A stretch of 35,553 nucleotides of DNA from Planctomycetota bacterium. Its GTDB lineage: Bacteria; Planctomycetota; Planctomycetia; JALXBF01. Shown here in pieces: positions 9,267-18,360 of the stretch. A program made the position numbers and the translations under genes. Every line of letters begins with the position of its first letter. Within the stretch, counting starts at the first letter, position 1. The stretch spans positions 62,001 to 97,553 of the forward strand of contig JALXBF010000179.1 of the NCBI GenBank assembly GCA_026991575.1, written 5' to 3'. Below the pieces are notes generated by a model, which worked only from the letters and a program-made list of their open reading frames with translations, searched no databases and was not told where the DNA came from.

Positions 9267-10352
9267 ATGAGTGAATTTCGTCGTGATCCGATTGTTGGGG
9301 ATTGGGTGATCATCGCGCCCGAACGCGCCCGCCGTCCCCAGGACTACGAGCAGCTGGCTCTGCGTACCAACGGCGCCGCCTGCCCGTTCTGTGAGGGCAA
9401 CGAGCAGTACACGCCGCCGGAGATCTACGCCGTGCGCCGCTCCGGCAGCTCTCCGAACGGCCCCGGTTGGCTGGTGCGGGTCGTGCCCAATCGGTTCCCG
9501 GCGCTGCGCGTGGAACACGAGCTTACGGCCCGTCCGTACGCGATGTTTGACCTGCTTGGCGGCGTCGGTGCGCATGAGGTCATCATCGAAACCCCCGAAC
9601 ACGTGCGCAGCTTTGCCAGCCTGCCAGAACAGCAGATTCGACAGATCGTGCGCGTCTACCACCAACGGCTCGTCGACCTGGCCCAGGACACACGCCTGGC
9701 CCAAGCGGTCATTTTCAAGAACGTCGGACATGCAGCAGGCGCATCGCTGCGCCATAGCCACAGTCAGCTGATTGCCACGCCATTCGTGCCTCCCCGACTG
9801 GCGCGCGAGCTCCGCGGCGCCGAACACTACTACCGGGACCGCGGCCGCTGCGTCTACTGCGACATTGCCTACGAAGAAGCACAGCGCGATGAACGCGTCG
9901 TTGTCGACCTGCCGCAGATCCTTGCCTATTGCCCGTACGCCAGCCGGTTTCCGTTCGAGGTGTGGCTTCAGCCCAAGGAGCATACGAGCCACTTTGAGGA
10001 CAGCGGCGAGGTGTTGTTGGAGGAACTGGCAACTGCGCTCAAGATAGTGCTCCGCAAACTGGATACCGTGCTCGAGGAGCCGGCGTTCAACTTCGTGCTC
10101 CACTCCGGCCCGTTCCGCACCGGCCCGCTGGCTCACTATCACTGGCACCTGGAGATCATGCCGCGTCTCAGCGGGGTTGCCGGCTTTGAACTGGGCAGCG
10201 ACGTATTCATTAATCCCGTGCCGCCCGAGACCGCGGCAGCGTTCTTGCGCGAGGCGGAAATCGAGGTTGTCGCCAACGGCATCCACCATCACCGCCGCAA
10301 CCTTCCGGCCGACGCCCTCGGTCTGCCCCGCGGCCCACAGCACAACAGCTAG
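9267..10352 (+). CDS. galT: GalT-family hexose-1-phosphate nucleotidylyltransferase (HIT/GalT superfamily)
   Basis: SEFRRDPI..WVIIAPERARRP, CPFCEGNE, VRVVPNRFPAL, HEVIIE, FKNVG..AGASLRHSHSQL, CVYCD and HYHWHLEI motifs. Confidence 0.9.
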   Translation: MSEFRRDPIVGDWVIIAPERARRPQDYEQLALRTNGAACPFCEGNEQYTPPEIYAVRRSGSSPNGPGWLVRVVPNRFPALRVEHELTARPYAMFDLLGGVGAHEVIIETPEHVRSFASLPEQQIRQIVRVYHQRLVDLAQDTRLAQAVIFKNVGHAAGASLRHSHSQLIATPFVPPRLARELRGAEHYYRDRGRCVYCDIAYEEAQRDERVVVDLPQILAYCPYASRFPFEVWLQPKEHTSHFEDSGEVLLEELATALKIVLRKLDTVLEEPAFNFVLHSGPFRTGPLAHYHWHLEIMPRLSGVAGFELGSDVFINPVPPETAAAFLREAEIEVVANGIHHHRRNLPADALGLPRGPQHNS

Positions 10353-10394
10353 CGCACACGACCAAGGACCGACCACCTGCCGGAGCATGACGGT

Positions 10395-12596
10395 ATGGAA
10401 CCGGTTAGAGTAGCGTTCGTGGTACACAACCACCAGCCGGTGGGGAACTTCGAACACGTGTTCGAAGCTGCTTACCGAGACGGTTATCTGCCATTCCTGG
10501 AGTTACTCGAGCAGCATGAGCACTTCCGCGTCGTCATGCACATCTCCGGCCCCTTGCTGGAGTGGCTCCAGAAGCGGCAGCCCACTTACCTGGAGCGGCT
10601 CCGTGCTCTGGTGCAACGGAGCCAGGTGGAGATCCTTGGCGGAGCGTACTACGAGCCGATTCTGTCCATGATTCCCATCCAGGACCGGTTCGATCAGATC
10701 CGGCTGTACCGCGATCGGCTCGAAGAACTGTTTGACACGGACATCCGCGGTATGTGGTTGGCCGAACGCGTGTGGGAGCCCGGGTTCGTATCGGTCCTGG
10801 CACGAGCAGGCGTCGAGTACACGCTGTTGGACGATTTCCACTTCAGAGTGGCCGGCCTGGGTAGTGAGGAGCTCCGTGGCTATTACCTGACCGAAGACGA
10901 AGGATTACTGCTGAAGGTCTTCCCCATCAGTGAACTGCTCCGCTACTACATTCCTTTCAAAGAACCGCAAGAGACGATCGACTACTGCCGCCGCCAGGGC
11001 CAGCAAGGCCCCGGCACTGTACTGGTCTTCGGCGATGACGGCGAGAAGTTCGGCGTATGGCCTGAGACCCGGAAGCACGTGTACGAGGACCGCTGGCTGC
11101 CTCGGTTCATCGACTCCCTGCGGCACAACGCTGACTGGCTTCAGACCTGCACGCTGGCGCAGATCGTCGAAACGGTTCCTCCGCTGGGTACCGTTTACCT
11201 ACCCGACTGCGCGTACCGAGAGATGACCGAATGGGCGTTGCCAACCGAACGGGCGCGCGAGCTGAAAGAACTGCAACGGCAGTTTCAGAACGACCCGCGC
11301 TGGTCGCGTGTGCGCCCGTTCATTCGGGGCGCAAGTTGGCGGAACTTCAAGGTGAAGTACCCAGAGACCAAGGAGATGTACTGCCGGATGCTGGAGGTGA
11401 GCCGGGCAGTGCAGGAGCTTAGCACGCTCGCCGGCGTCACGGACACCACTGCGGGAGAGGGAGTCGATGGGGAGTTAGTCGGGCCGGCGCGTCGGGAGCT
11501 CCATCGCGCACAGTGCAACTGCGCCTACTGGCACGGCTGGTTTGGCGGCGTCTACTTGCCTCACCTGCGGCACGCGGTCTTCGAGCACCTGCTGAGGGCC
11601 GAGGAACTCTGCGAGTTGGCTATGCACGGCCCCGAAGGCAAGCCCTCTGCCCGGATCGCCGATTACAACCTGGACGCTCGCATGGAAGTGAAACTGTCCA
11701 ACCGCACGCTTGCGGTCTACATCGCGCCGGCCATGGGGGGGATGGTGTACGAACTGGACGTAAGGTCTGTTTACTTCAACGCGTTGGCCGTCATGTCACG
11801 CCGGCCGGAGCTCTACCACGAGGAGCTCGTTGAGCGGATTGCGCAGGACGACGCTGCCGGGCTGCTCGTAACGCGCACCGAGCCGAACGGCTCGCCCCAG
11901 TTGGTCTACGACGCATGGCGCAGGGCGTTCGGAATCGACCACGTCTACCGGTCCGTGCCCTCCTTGCAACAGTTGGCCACGAACCGGGCAGAAGAGTTGC
12001 TGGATAACCCGCTCGCGGCCTATCCGGACACCTGTGTCCGAAAGGAGCCGCCGCTTGAGTGCCTGATGCAGCGAATCGCTCGCGTAGGCGACTCCCGCAT
12101 CCGGCTTTCGAAGCGGTACGTGCTCGAACCGGACGATTCGGCGCTTTCCCTGACGTACGAAATCGAGCTGCTTGATTCCTTGCCTGAGCCATGCAGCTTC
12201 GCGCCTGAGTTCACGCTTGCCGCCATGGCGGGTAACACGCCGGACCGCTACTTGAAGCTCGACAGCGGCTCGCAGACACCCTACCTGAGCATTCCCCTGG
12301 AAGCATCCCGCTGTGGTGCCGTTAGCGTCTGTGACGAGCACATGGGCTTGACGTTGGAACTGAGCATGAGCCGTGTCGGCGGTCTGGTCAGCGTGCCGCT
12401 GGAGACGGTGAGCCAGAGTGAAGCCGGGTACGAGCGGGTTTTCCAAGGGATCGTGCTGCATCCCATCTGGCCACTGCCCACTAACCGTGGCGAACGCTTT
12501 GAGGTAACTGTTACCCTGCGGGCGATGGTCGCGCGGCCTGCCGGTCAGCCGAACTTCCGCGCAACTGCGCACACCGCGCGATGTGCCCGGGGATGA
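10395..12596 (+). CDS. GH57 alpha-amylase / 4-alpha-glucanotransferase (DUF1925/DUF1926-type C-terminus)
   Basis: HNHQPVGNF, GMWLAERVWEP (catalytic Glu), FGDDGEKFGVWP (catalytic Asp), YREMTEWAL, AQCNCAYWHGWFGGVYLPHLR and ETVSQSEAGYERVFQG motifs. Confidence 0.92.
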   Translation: MEPVRVAFVVHNHQPVGNFEHVFEAAYRDGYLPFLELLEQHEHFRVVMHISGPLLEWLQKRQPTYLERLRALVQRSQVEILGGAYYEPILSMIPIQDRFDQIRLYRDRLEELFDTDIRGMWLAERVWEPGFVSVLARAGVEYTLLDDFHFRVAGLGSEELRGYYLTEDEGLLLKVFPISELLRYYIPFKEPQETIDYCRRQGQQGPGTVLVFGDDGEKFGVWPETRKHVYEDRWLPRFIDSLRHNADWLQTCTLAQIVETVPPLGTVYLPDCAYREMTEWALPTERARELKELQRQFQNDPRWSRVRPFIRGASWRNFKVKYPETKEMYCRMLEVSRAVQELSTLAGVTDTTAGEGVDGELVGPARRELHRAQCNCAYWHGWFGGVYLPHLRHAVFEHLLRAEELCELAMHGPEGKPSARIADYNLDARMEVKLSNRTLAVYIAPAMGGMVYELDVRSVYFNALAVMSRRPELYHEELVERIAQDDAAGLLVTRTEPNGSPQLVYDAWRRAFGIDHVYRSVPSLQQLATNRAEELLDNPLAAYPDTCVRKEPPLECLMQRIARVGDSRIRLSKRYVLEPDDSALSLTYEIELLDSLPEPCSFAPEFTLAAMAGNTPDRYLKLDSGSQTPYLSIPLEASRCGAVSVCDEHMGLTLELSMSRVGGLVSVPLETVSQSEAGYERVFQGIVLHPIWPLPTNRGERFEVTVTLRAMVARPAGQPNFRATAHTARCARG

Positions 12597-12836
12597 CTCG
12601 CGCGGAAACCACGAATCGGCAACTGGCCTGCTCGTGCAGGCGCAAGCCTGGTTCCGCACAGACGTGTCTCCACCGGGCGCCGCTGCTCATCGCCTGCCCC
12701 CGTTGCATCTCGGCATCCCGGGGCGATCCCGCTGGATGGGGGGAAAGTGTTGGGCGATGCGGGCAGCCGGCCCATTGCGGGGACTCGTCGCTTGGATACA
12801 GCCAAATCCGGTGGTCCCAAGTCCAGCACCTGCAGT

Positions 12837-12864
12837 TCAGTGTCCTGGTGCTGACTGCCGATAG
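12837..12864 (+). promoter_or_regulatory. Second sigma28-like promoter element, upstream of the lipoprotein gene
   Basis: TCAG-N16-GCCGATAG ending 55 nt before the ATG at 12920. The -10 box is a good match; the -35 box and spacing are weaker. Confidence 0.3.
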
Positions 12865-12919
12865 TCACGATAACGGCGGGAGCAGATGGATGCTGGGAAA
12901 CCGGTGAGGGAATGGCGCG

Positions 12920-14311
12920 ATGGACGGCCTGCGGCGGACCGCCACGGCATGGATGCTAGCTGTGCTGGTGTTTTCCGGCTGCAAGCACTTCGAGGTGACG
13001 GCCGTTCCACTGTCCCGTTGGAACTGCGATGAACCGGAGGGGATACCGTTCTACTTGCCTAAGCCGCTGCTGATCATCACCAAGAACGTCCACTTCGTGG
13101 AATCCGAGAAGATCGGGTTGACAGACACGGCACCGATCCCGAATCAGTACGATGATCAGGCCAAGTACGCTGACGTGAACGCGCGGACCGATTTCCGTGG
13201 TCTGCCTGGCGGGGAGACCAGCTATCGCGAAGCGGCTGGCAGCACCGGTTCGACGGTCGCGGCCGGAGGAGCCGCGTCCGTTTCCGGCCAACATCTCTTC
13301 GCGCCAAAGCCGCCGTATCTGTCCGCAGAGACCGCGCCTGGGGACGGGCTTTTTCCGCACACGTTCTTCACGGTTCAGATCGTCTTCGTGCCCGATCTGA
13401 CGCAGAAGTATGGCCTGCGCATCCGGGGCGGGGGACCGGGCGAGGTCCGCGCTGCGTTGAACCTGGTCAATGGCTGGATGTTCACCGGGCTGGGGCCGTT
13501 CTACTTCAAGGACAGTTCCACGGCCCAGAACATCCTTGCCGCTGGTATCGGCTCGAACCTGATGGCCGGTGGCGTTGCGGACGTGGTGCGTAGTTTGGCA
13601 GAGCTGAGGCGAGCCGCGCCGGATGGGGGGATCACGCCCGAGCAGCTCGAACGCGCATTGGCTCCGATGCGCGAGGCGATGCGCCTCGCCGCCACGACGC
13701 CCCGGTTCGATCTGCAGCCGGGCACGCTGGCCGACTACGCCGAGATCTACGTCTACGAGCCAAGCCTAACCCCGGACGGGCAGATGACCTGGCAGCAGGT
13801 GACCGCGTTGAAGTTCAACCGCGAGTACCTGGGCTACTACACGGGGCGGCAACCGCCTGCCGACACCTTATCCGGACCGCCTGAGCCTGCGGCACAAGCA
13901 CCGGCTGATGTGCAAACCGGGGCAGACACTGCCAGATCGCCGGCTGGCGCTGGTCCGAACGGCACGCTCGAAGCGGCTCTGGTCGCGCGAGCGCTGGGAC
14001 TGCCGCCGTCGGCACTGGAGCCGCTGGAAACTGCGGCCACCGCATCCGATCACCCCGTGTCGCGACGTGGACACAGGCACAGCCTGATGCGCTCGGTCCC
14101 GGTGCTGCGGCACTTCGTGCCCCGCCGCGTGCGCGAGCAGCACGTGCGCGTCGATCTGGACCGGTTTGCTCAGCAGCTCACTGGGCCAGCCGCCGGGTCA
14201 GAGCCGCCACTGCGCGACTGGGCCGCGGACTATCCTGATGGCGCCGACCAGAATGACAACTCCGCGGAGCCGGTCAGCCCGCGAAGCGCTCCTGAGCCGC
14301 AGAGGCCTTAG
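12920..14311 (+). CDS. Hypothetical lipoprotein
   Basis: 463 aa ORF with a lipobox-type leader (MDGLRRTATAWMLAVLVFSG-C), an ordered-looking N-terminal half (GIPFYLPKPLLII, IVFVPDLTQKYGL) and a Pro/Ala-rich C-terminus. Confidence 0.8.
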   Translation: MDGLRRTATAWMLAVLVFSGCKHFEVTAVPLSRWNCDEPEGIPFYLPKPLLIITKNVHFVESEKIGLTDTAPIPNQYDDQAKYADVNARTDFRGLPGGETSYREAAGSTGSTVAAGGAASVSGQHLFAPKPPYLSAETAPGDGLFPHTFFTVQIVFVPDLTQKYGLRIRGGGPGEVRAALNLVNGWMFTGLGPFYFKDSSTAQNILAAGIGSNLMAGGVADVVRSLAELRRAAPDGGITPEQLERALAPMREAMRLAATTPRFDLQPGTLADYAEIYVYEPSLTPDGQMTWQQVTALKFNREYLGYYTGRQPPADTLSGPPEPAAQAPADVQTGADTARSPAGAGPNGTLEAALVARALGLPPSALEPLETAATASDHPVSRRGHRHSLMRSVPVLRHFVPRRVREQHVRVDLDRFAQQLTGPAAGSEPPLRDWAADYPDGADQNDNSAEPVSPRSAPEPQRP

Positions 14312-16431
14312 CCACCGTGTGTGCGGCCCCCGTCGCGGCCGATGGAGACAATCAGATCCTCCACGTCGTACCACAGCTCATCGATGCCTGGACCACCGTA
14401 AAGGGCGTCTGCACCCGGCCCGCCACGGAGTTGATCGTCGCCGCGATCCCCGAAGAGCCGATCGTCGCCGGGGCCACCGTCGAGAAAGTCATCGCCCCCT
14501 CCCCCACGCAACCGGTCAGCCCCGGCACCGCCAATTATGCGATCGTTGCCTGCTCCCCCGCTCAGTACGGCGTCCACCAGCACACTGGAAAGCAGCTCAA
14601 TGCGATCGTCCCCGTCCCTGCCGACAGCACGGATCCGTTCCACGGACGATTCGTTGAAAAACCTCGCGAACGTCTCCTCGGAATAGCTGAGCTGATTAAT
14701 CACCCAGATGTCGGGCCCGATCTGGCCGACGACCATCTGGTCTGCACCGTGCGTGCCCACAAGGGTCAATACGCCATCTCTCAGGCGCACGCCCTGCTGC
14801 GCATGCAGGCTGTACCACTGGGGCTCGGCTGATCTGACCCGAACGCGCACCAGATACGTGTGCCCGGGACGGGTCCAGAAGTCCACCCGATCGTAGCCCG
14901 CTGCTACCCACTGGCGCGCCTGCACATCACGCACCCGGACGAAAGCCCGGGCCGTTGGATCGGGACCAGCCATGTTGATGGCCACCGTCGCGAGCGACCG
15001 TGTCGCAGCCCGAAAACGGTACCAGTCGATGTCATCGCGACTGCCTGTCAGGCCGTCGACCGAGGTGTAGAACGTCTGCTCGAGCCAGCCGGCATCCTTT
15101 GGCCGATTGTTCGGTTCCCATTCGTCGAGCGTAGGCGGCGTTTCGGGTGCGTTCATCTGGGGACGGCTGAACGTGGGCAGCTGCGGTCCCCCCAGCGCGC
15201 CAGCCAGCACCGGCGAAACCGAGCTCAACAATGCTAGCGCTGAGGGATCAACGTCTCCGCCCTCCAGGAACCGCTCCCTGAAGAACGTCATCTCCACCCG
15301 CGGACCGTCGGCATGGTTCGGGTTGTACAGCACCGTCTCGGCAGGATTCATGAGGTTCGTTCCGAAAAGGCCGTCAACGAGCCCTTCGGCCACGTCCAGC
15401 ACAAAGACGGGAACGTTCCGGTAGGTAAGCTCCGCGCCATTGGCCAACGGTACGCTGAGCTCGTCAATGATGAAACCGCCCACTTCCACGGCCACGCCAG
15501 CGGCTCCCATCACGTCGATCTCAAACTCCGGATCGCTCAGGTCGAGCCCGAGCTCAATCGCCGCCTGGGTCGAGATCACCGAAAGCATAGCCCCGGTGTC
15601 AAACAAGAACGTCTGGTCCTCAACGGTGGCATCTCCTTCGGCCAGGTCAACACCGACGATGATCGGGTTGGGTGCTTCAGTAACGGCCATACCCGGTTCA
15701 GGATGATTCGTCTGTCCCAGCAGGTCGATAGGAATCACGACCGGATCGATACTGTTGTCGCTTGCCACAAGCTCCGTGTCCGGCGAAACGAAGCGGACGT
15801 CAGGCATCGGGATTACGACTCCTGGCAACAGATCGGAGAAGTCCAACAGGTATCCCTGCGTATCGATCCGCAGTGCGAGCCCCTCGGGGTTAGTGTCGGA
15901 GGGTAGCAGCATGGGGGTTCCCGTCACGGTGGGCAGGAACTGGCTGTTTTCCGGATTGCCCACCATGACCTGAACTCCTTCCAGAGTGGCACTGGATTCG
16001 TCGAATTCGAACTGAAACTCGGGGAAGCCCCATTCGTCAAAGGTCAGCGTCGCGATGTGCAAGCCGTCGGCTCGGATCACGCCCGGCTCGGAGACGTCGC
16101 CGATGATCGTGCCGCCGATACCCTGTGCTTCTGCCCCGTTGGGCACTTTGATCGGGATCGGATCGTTGGCCAGCTTGAACAGGAACTGGTCGAAGTGTGA
16201 GAACGTGATCACCGACGCGCCGGTGTCCACGATCGAGAACGCAGCTCTGTCTCCGTAAGCATGGATACCGACGGGCTGGAAGCCGAACTGATCGAACACG
16301 TCGTCCAGCGTGATTGTTACGGAGCCGTCCGTACCGACCAGGGGGCCGGTGGCCAGTAGTACCCGTTCTTCCAGCCGTTCTACCGTTGGTTTGTGGCGAC
16401 GTGGTCGTCTGCTGAGCGTCTGACTGGCCAT
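14308..16431 (-). CDS. Secreted aspartic protease-like protein: LEPRxLL-like leader, two retropepsin-like domains, PPC-like domain and RTX Ca-binding repeats
   Basis: RRPRRHKPTVERLEERVLLA leader; IVDTGAS (16216-16227) and FLFDTGA (15589-15600); DGLFGTNL; DEWEPNN...DDIDWYRF; C-terminal GGxGxD repeats. Confidence 0.85.
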   Translation of the reverse strand: MASQTLSRRPRRHKPTVERLEERVLLATGPLVGTDGSVTITLDDVFDQFGFQPVGIHAYGDRAAFSIVDTGASVITFSHFDQFLFKLANDPIPIKVPNGAEAQGIGGTIIGDVSEPGVIRADGLHIATLTFDEWGFPEFQFEFDESSATLEGVQVMVGNPENSQFLPTVTGTPMLLPSDTNPEGLALRIDTQGYLLDFSDLLPGVVIPMPDVRFVSPDTELVASDNSIDPVVIPIDLLGQTNHPEPGMAVTEAPNPIIVGVDLAEGDATVEDQTFLFDTGAMLSVISTQAAIELGLDLSDPEFEIDVMGAAGVAVEVGGFIIDELSVPLANGAELTYRNVPVFVLDVAEGLVDGLFGTNLMNPAETVLYNPNHADGPRVEMTFFRERFLEGGDVDPSALALLSSVSPVLAGALGGPQLPTFSRPQMNAPETPPTLDEWEPNNRPKDAGWLEQTFYTSVDGLTGSRDDIDWYRFRAATRSLATVAINMAGPDPTARAFVRVRDVQARQWVAAGYDRVDFWTRPGHTYLVRVRVRSAEPQWYSLHAQQGVRLRDGVLTLVGTHGADQMVVGQIGPDIWVINQLSYSEETFARFFNESSVERIRAVGRDGDDRIELLSSVLVDAVLSGGAGNDRIIGGAGADRLRGGGGDDFLDGGPGDDRLFGDRGDDQLRGGPGADALYGGPGIDELWYDVEDLIVSIGRDGGRTHGG
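14371..14559 (-). repeat. Seven tandem 27-bp RTX/hemolysin-type nonapeptide repeats
   Basis: GGAGNDRII, GGAGADRLR, GGGGDDFLD, GGPGDDRLF, GDRGDDQLR, GGPGADALY, GGPGIDELW. Confidence 0.92.
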
Positions 16432-16757
16432 AGCCGCTACTCCACACGCCTAGGACAAGATCGCACCTTGTTTTAGCGAGAACGCGTGGGCCATGCAAGT
16501 GGTCACCCGGTTGGCGCGCGCTGGCAAATCGCATTCGTGTTGCCCGGTCCGTATCGATGTGCTATCAGACGTTGGGCGGCACCATACGGCGGCGGGACGC
16601 CATACGCGAGGGCGCCCTGCGGTCTGGCCGCCAACCCGTGTCAGCCACCTCGAGCGTCAGCGAACGCGGTGCGCCGGTCCGTCGGGTTGTCTACCAGCAG
16701 CTAGGTGGGTCGGGTGTCCGTTGGACGCACCTCCTGCAAGTGTCGGGGAAGATCAGC

Positions 16758-18359
16758 ATGGCACGCCACGCCAACACCGCCTCAGGCGCCGACTCCAGCG
16801 ATAACTGGAAAGCAGCAGTGCGTCACGGTTGGCGAGCACAGTTCACGCCGGCTCGTTCGGCGACGGTTGCTGCCATGCTGCTGGGCACGTTTGCAGCCGT
16901 GGCGGGCGGTCTGTTCTGTGGGTCGCGCGGGCTGTTCGATCCGAGCGAAGGGAGATACTGCGAAGTCGCGCGCGAAATGGTCGAACGGAACAACTGGCTG
17001 CTGCCGACGCTGGACTACCGGCCTCACTGGACAAAGCCCCCTCTGGCATACTGGACCGTGGCCGTCGGCTTGGGCCTCTGGGGCGTTAGCCCGTTCGGGG
17101 CGCGCGTTCCGTACGCGATCGCACTTGGCCTGACGTGCGCCGCCGTCGTTTGGGCCGTACACCGACAGGTGGGCCCTGCCAGCGCCCTGCGATCCGGGTT
17201 TGTGTTCGCCTCGCTTCCCTTCGTGCACGTCGGCTACTCGGTCATCACGACCGACGCGCTGGTGTGCCTGAGCCAGGCGCTGATGCTGGCCGGCTACGTC
17301 ACGTACCGAACTGTGCGTTCCGAGCGGGCCGCTCGGGCCGCCGGCCTGGTCTTCTGGTCGTTTGCGGGGATCGGCCTGCTGGCCAAGGGCCCGGTGGCGC
17401 TTTTCGTGCTAATCCCAATCAGTTGGTGGCACCGCCGCCACCGACCCAGACACGGCGTGCCGCTGGTTAGCGCAGCCGGGATCTGTCTCGCGGCGCTGTT
17501 GGGGCTGTGGTGGTATGCGTGGGCGGTCATTAGCTACCGGGGACTCCTGCAGTACTGGCTGGCAGAAGAGCTGCTTGCCCGTGCGCTCACGAACCGCTTC
17601 TACCGCAATGGCGAATGGTATGGGCCCCTGGTAGCATACGGCCCCCCGCTGTTGCTGGGCTTTCTGCCCTGGGCGGCGGGCTGGCTGCTGCGCCGGCGGA
17701 GCCGCTGGGAGTCGGGCCCGTTGGCGGCAGCCTTCCGCGGTGCGTTGTGGTTCTGGATCGTGGCAGCGGTGGTCGCCTTCAGCCTTTCGCGGAGCCGGCT
17801 GCCGCTGTATGTGCTGCCGCTGAGCGTTCCGGTCGCCTGTCTAATTGGCATCAGCCTGGCGCGGCGGCGCCGCCCCCTGCGCTACGTGGCAGGGCTGTCG
17901 TGTGCCCTGGTCAGCGTGGCCGTCGCCGTCAAGCTGCTTCTGCCGTTTGTGCCTGCGAAGCGGGACATGACCAGGTTGCACCGACGGCTTCTCCAGGAAA
18001 TCGGCGGGCTCGGAACGGCGTGCGGTTCCGTAATCGCCTATCGGCAGACGGACATGTACGGGCTGCAATTTCACTTGCACGGCCGGCTCGTGCGCATTCC
18101 CCCCACGGAAGACGACCGGGACGTGGACTGGCTGAAACGATACCTCGTCGCCGCCAGGCGACGTGGTGAGCATCCCGTAATCGTGGCCTCGTCATCCAGC
18201 CGGGTCCGCCTGCAGCGAGCACTCCGCGAAACGGGCAGCCGGGCAACCATGAGCGCAGGCCGCTGGTGGCTGTTGGCACACGTGCGCGCCGAGCGCCCAA
18301 CGAGCAGGATCGAGCACGTAGCACGCCCGGCTGTGGGCCTGGACGGCCGGCTGCAGTAG
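16758..18359 (+). CDS. ArnT/PMT-like (GT39/GT83) membrane glycosyltransferase
   Basis: LFDPSEGRYCEVAREMV..NWLLP, TKPPLAYW, GARVP, TTDALV, LAKGPVA and FSLSRSRLPLYVLP motifs, with many TM helices. Start uncertain; ATG 16758 chosen. Confidence 0.88.
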   Translation: MARHANTASGADSSDNWKAAVRHGWRAQFTPARSATVAAMLLGTFAAVAGGLFCGSRGLFDPSEGRYCEVAREMVERNNWLLPTLDYRPHWTKPPLAYWTVAVGLGLWGVSPFGARVPYAIALGLTCAAVVWAVHRQVGPASALRSGFVFASLPFVHVGYSVITTDALVCLSQALMLAGYVTYRTVRSERAARAAGLVFWSFAGIGLLAKGPVALFVLIPISWWHRRHRPRHGVPLVSAAGICLAALLGLWWYAWAVISYRGLLQYWLAEELLARALTNRFYRNGEWYGPLVAYGPPLLLGFLPWAAGWLLRRRSRWESGPLAAAFRGALWFWIVAAVVAFSLSRSRLPLYVLPLSVPVACLIGISLARRRRPLRYVAGLSCALVSVAVAVKLLLPFVPAKRDMTRLHRRLLQEIGGLGTACGSVIAYRQTDMYGLQFHLHGRLVRIPPTEDDRDVDWLKRYLVAARRRGEHPVIVASSSSRVRLQRALRETGSRATMSAGRWWLLAHVRAERPTSRIEHVARPAVGLDGRLQ

Positions 18360-18360
18360 T

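Noticed and set aside
9105..10457. 450-aa antisense ORF over galT
   Set aside because: It is a codon-register mirror of a well-supported gene, which is common in high-GC DNA, and has no motifs.
12581..12907. Cys-rich 108-aa ORF (CSC, CPRC) in the gap after the glycogen operon
   Set aside because: No RBS or paired Zn-finger pattern, it overlaps the GH57 end, and its composition is typical of translated GC-rich intergenic DNA.
14371..14559. 27-bp periodic repeats as a possible CRISPR array or VNTR
   Set aside because: They are degenerate at DNA level, in frame and encode RTX nonapeptides, with no spacer structure or cas genes.
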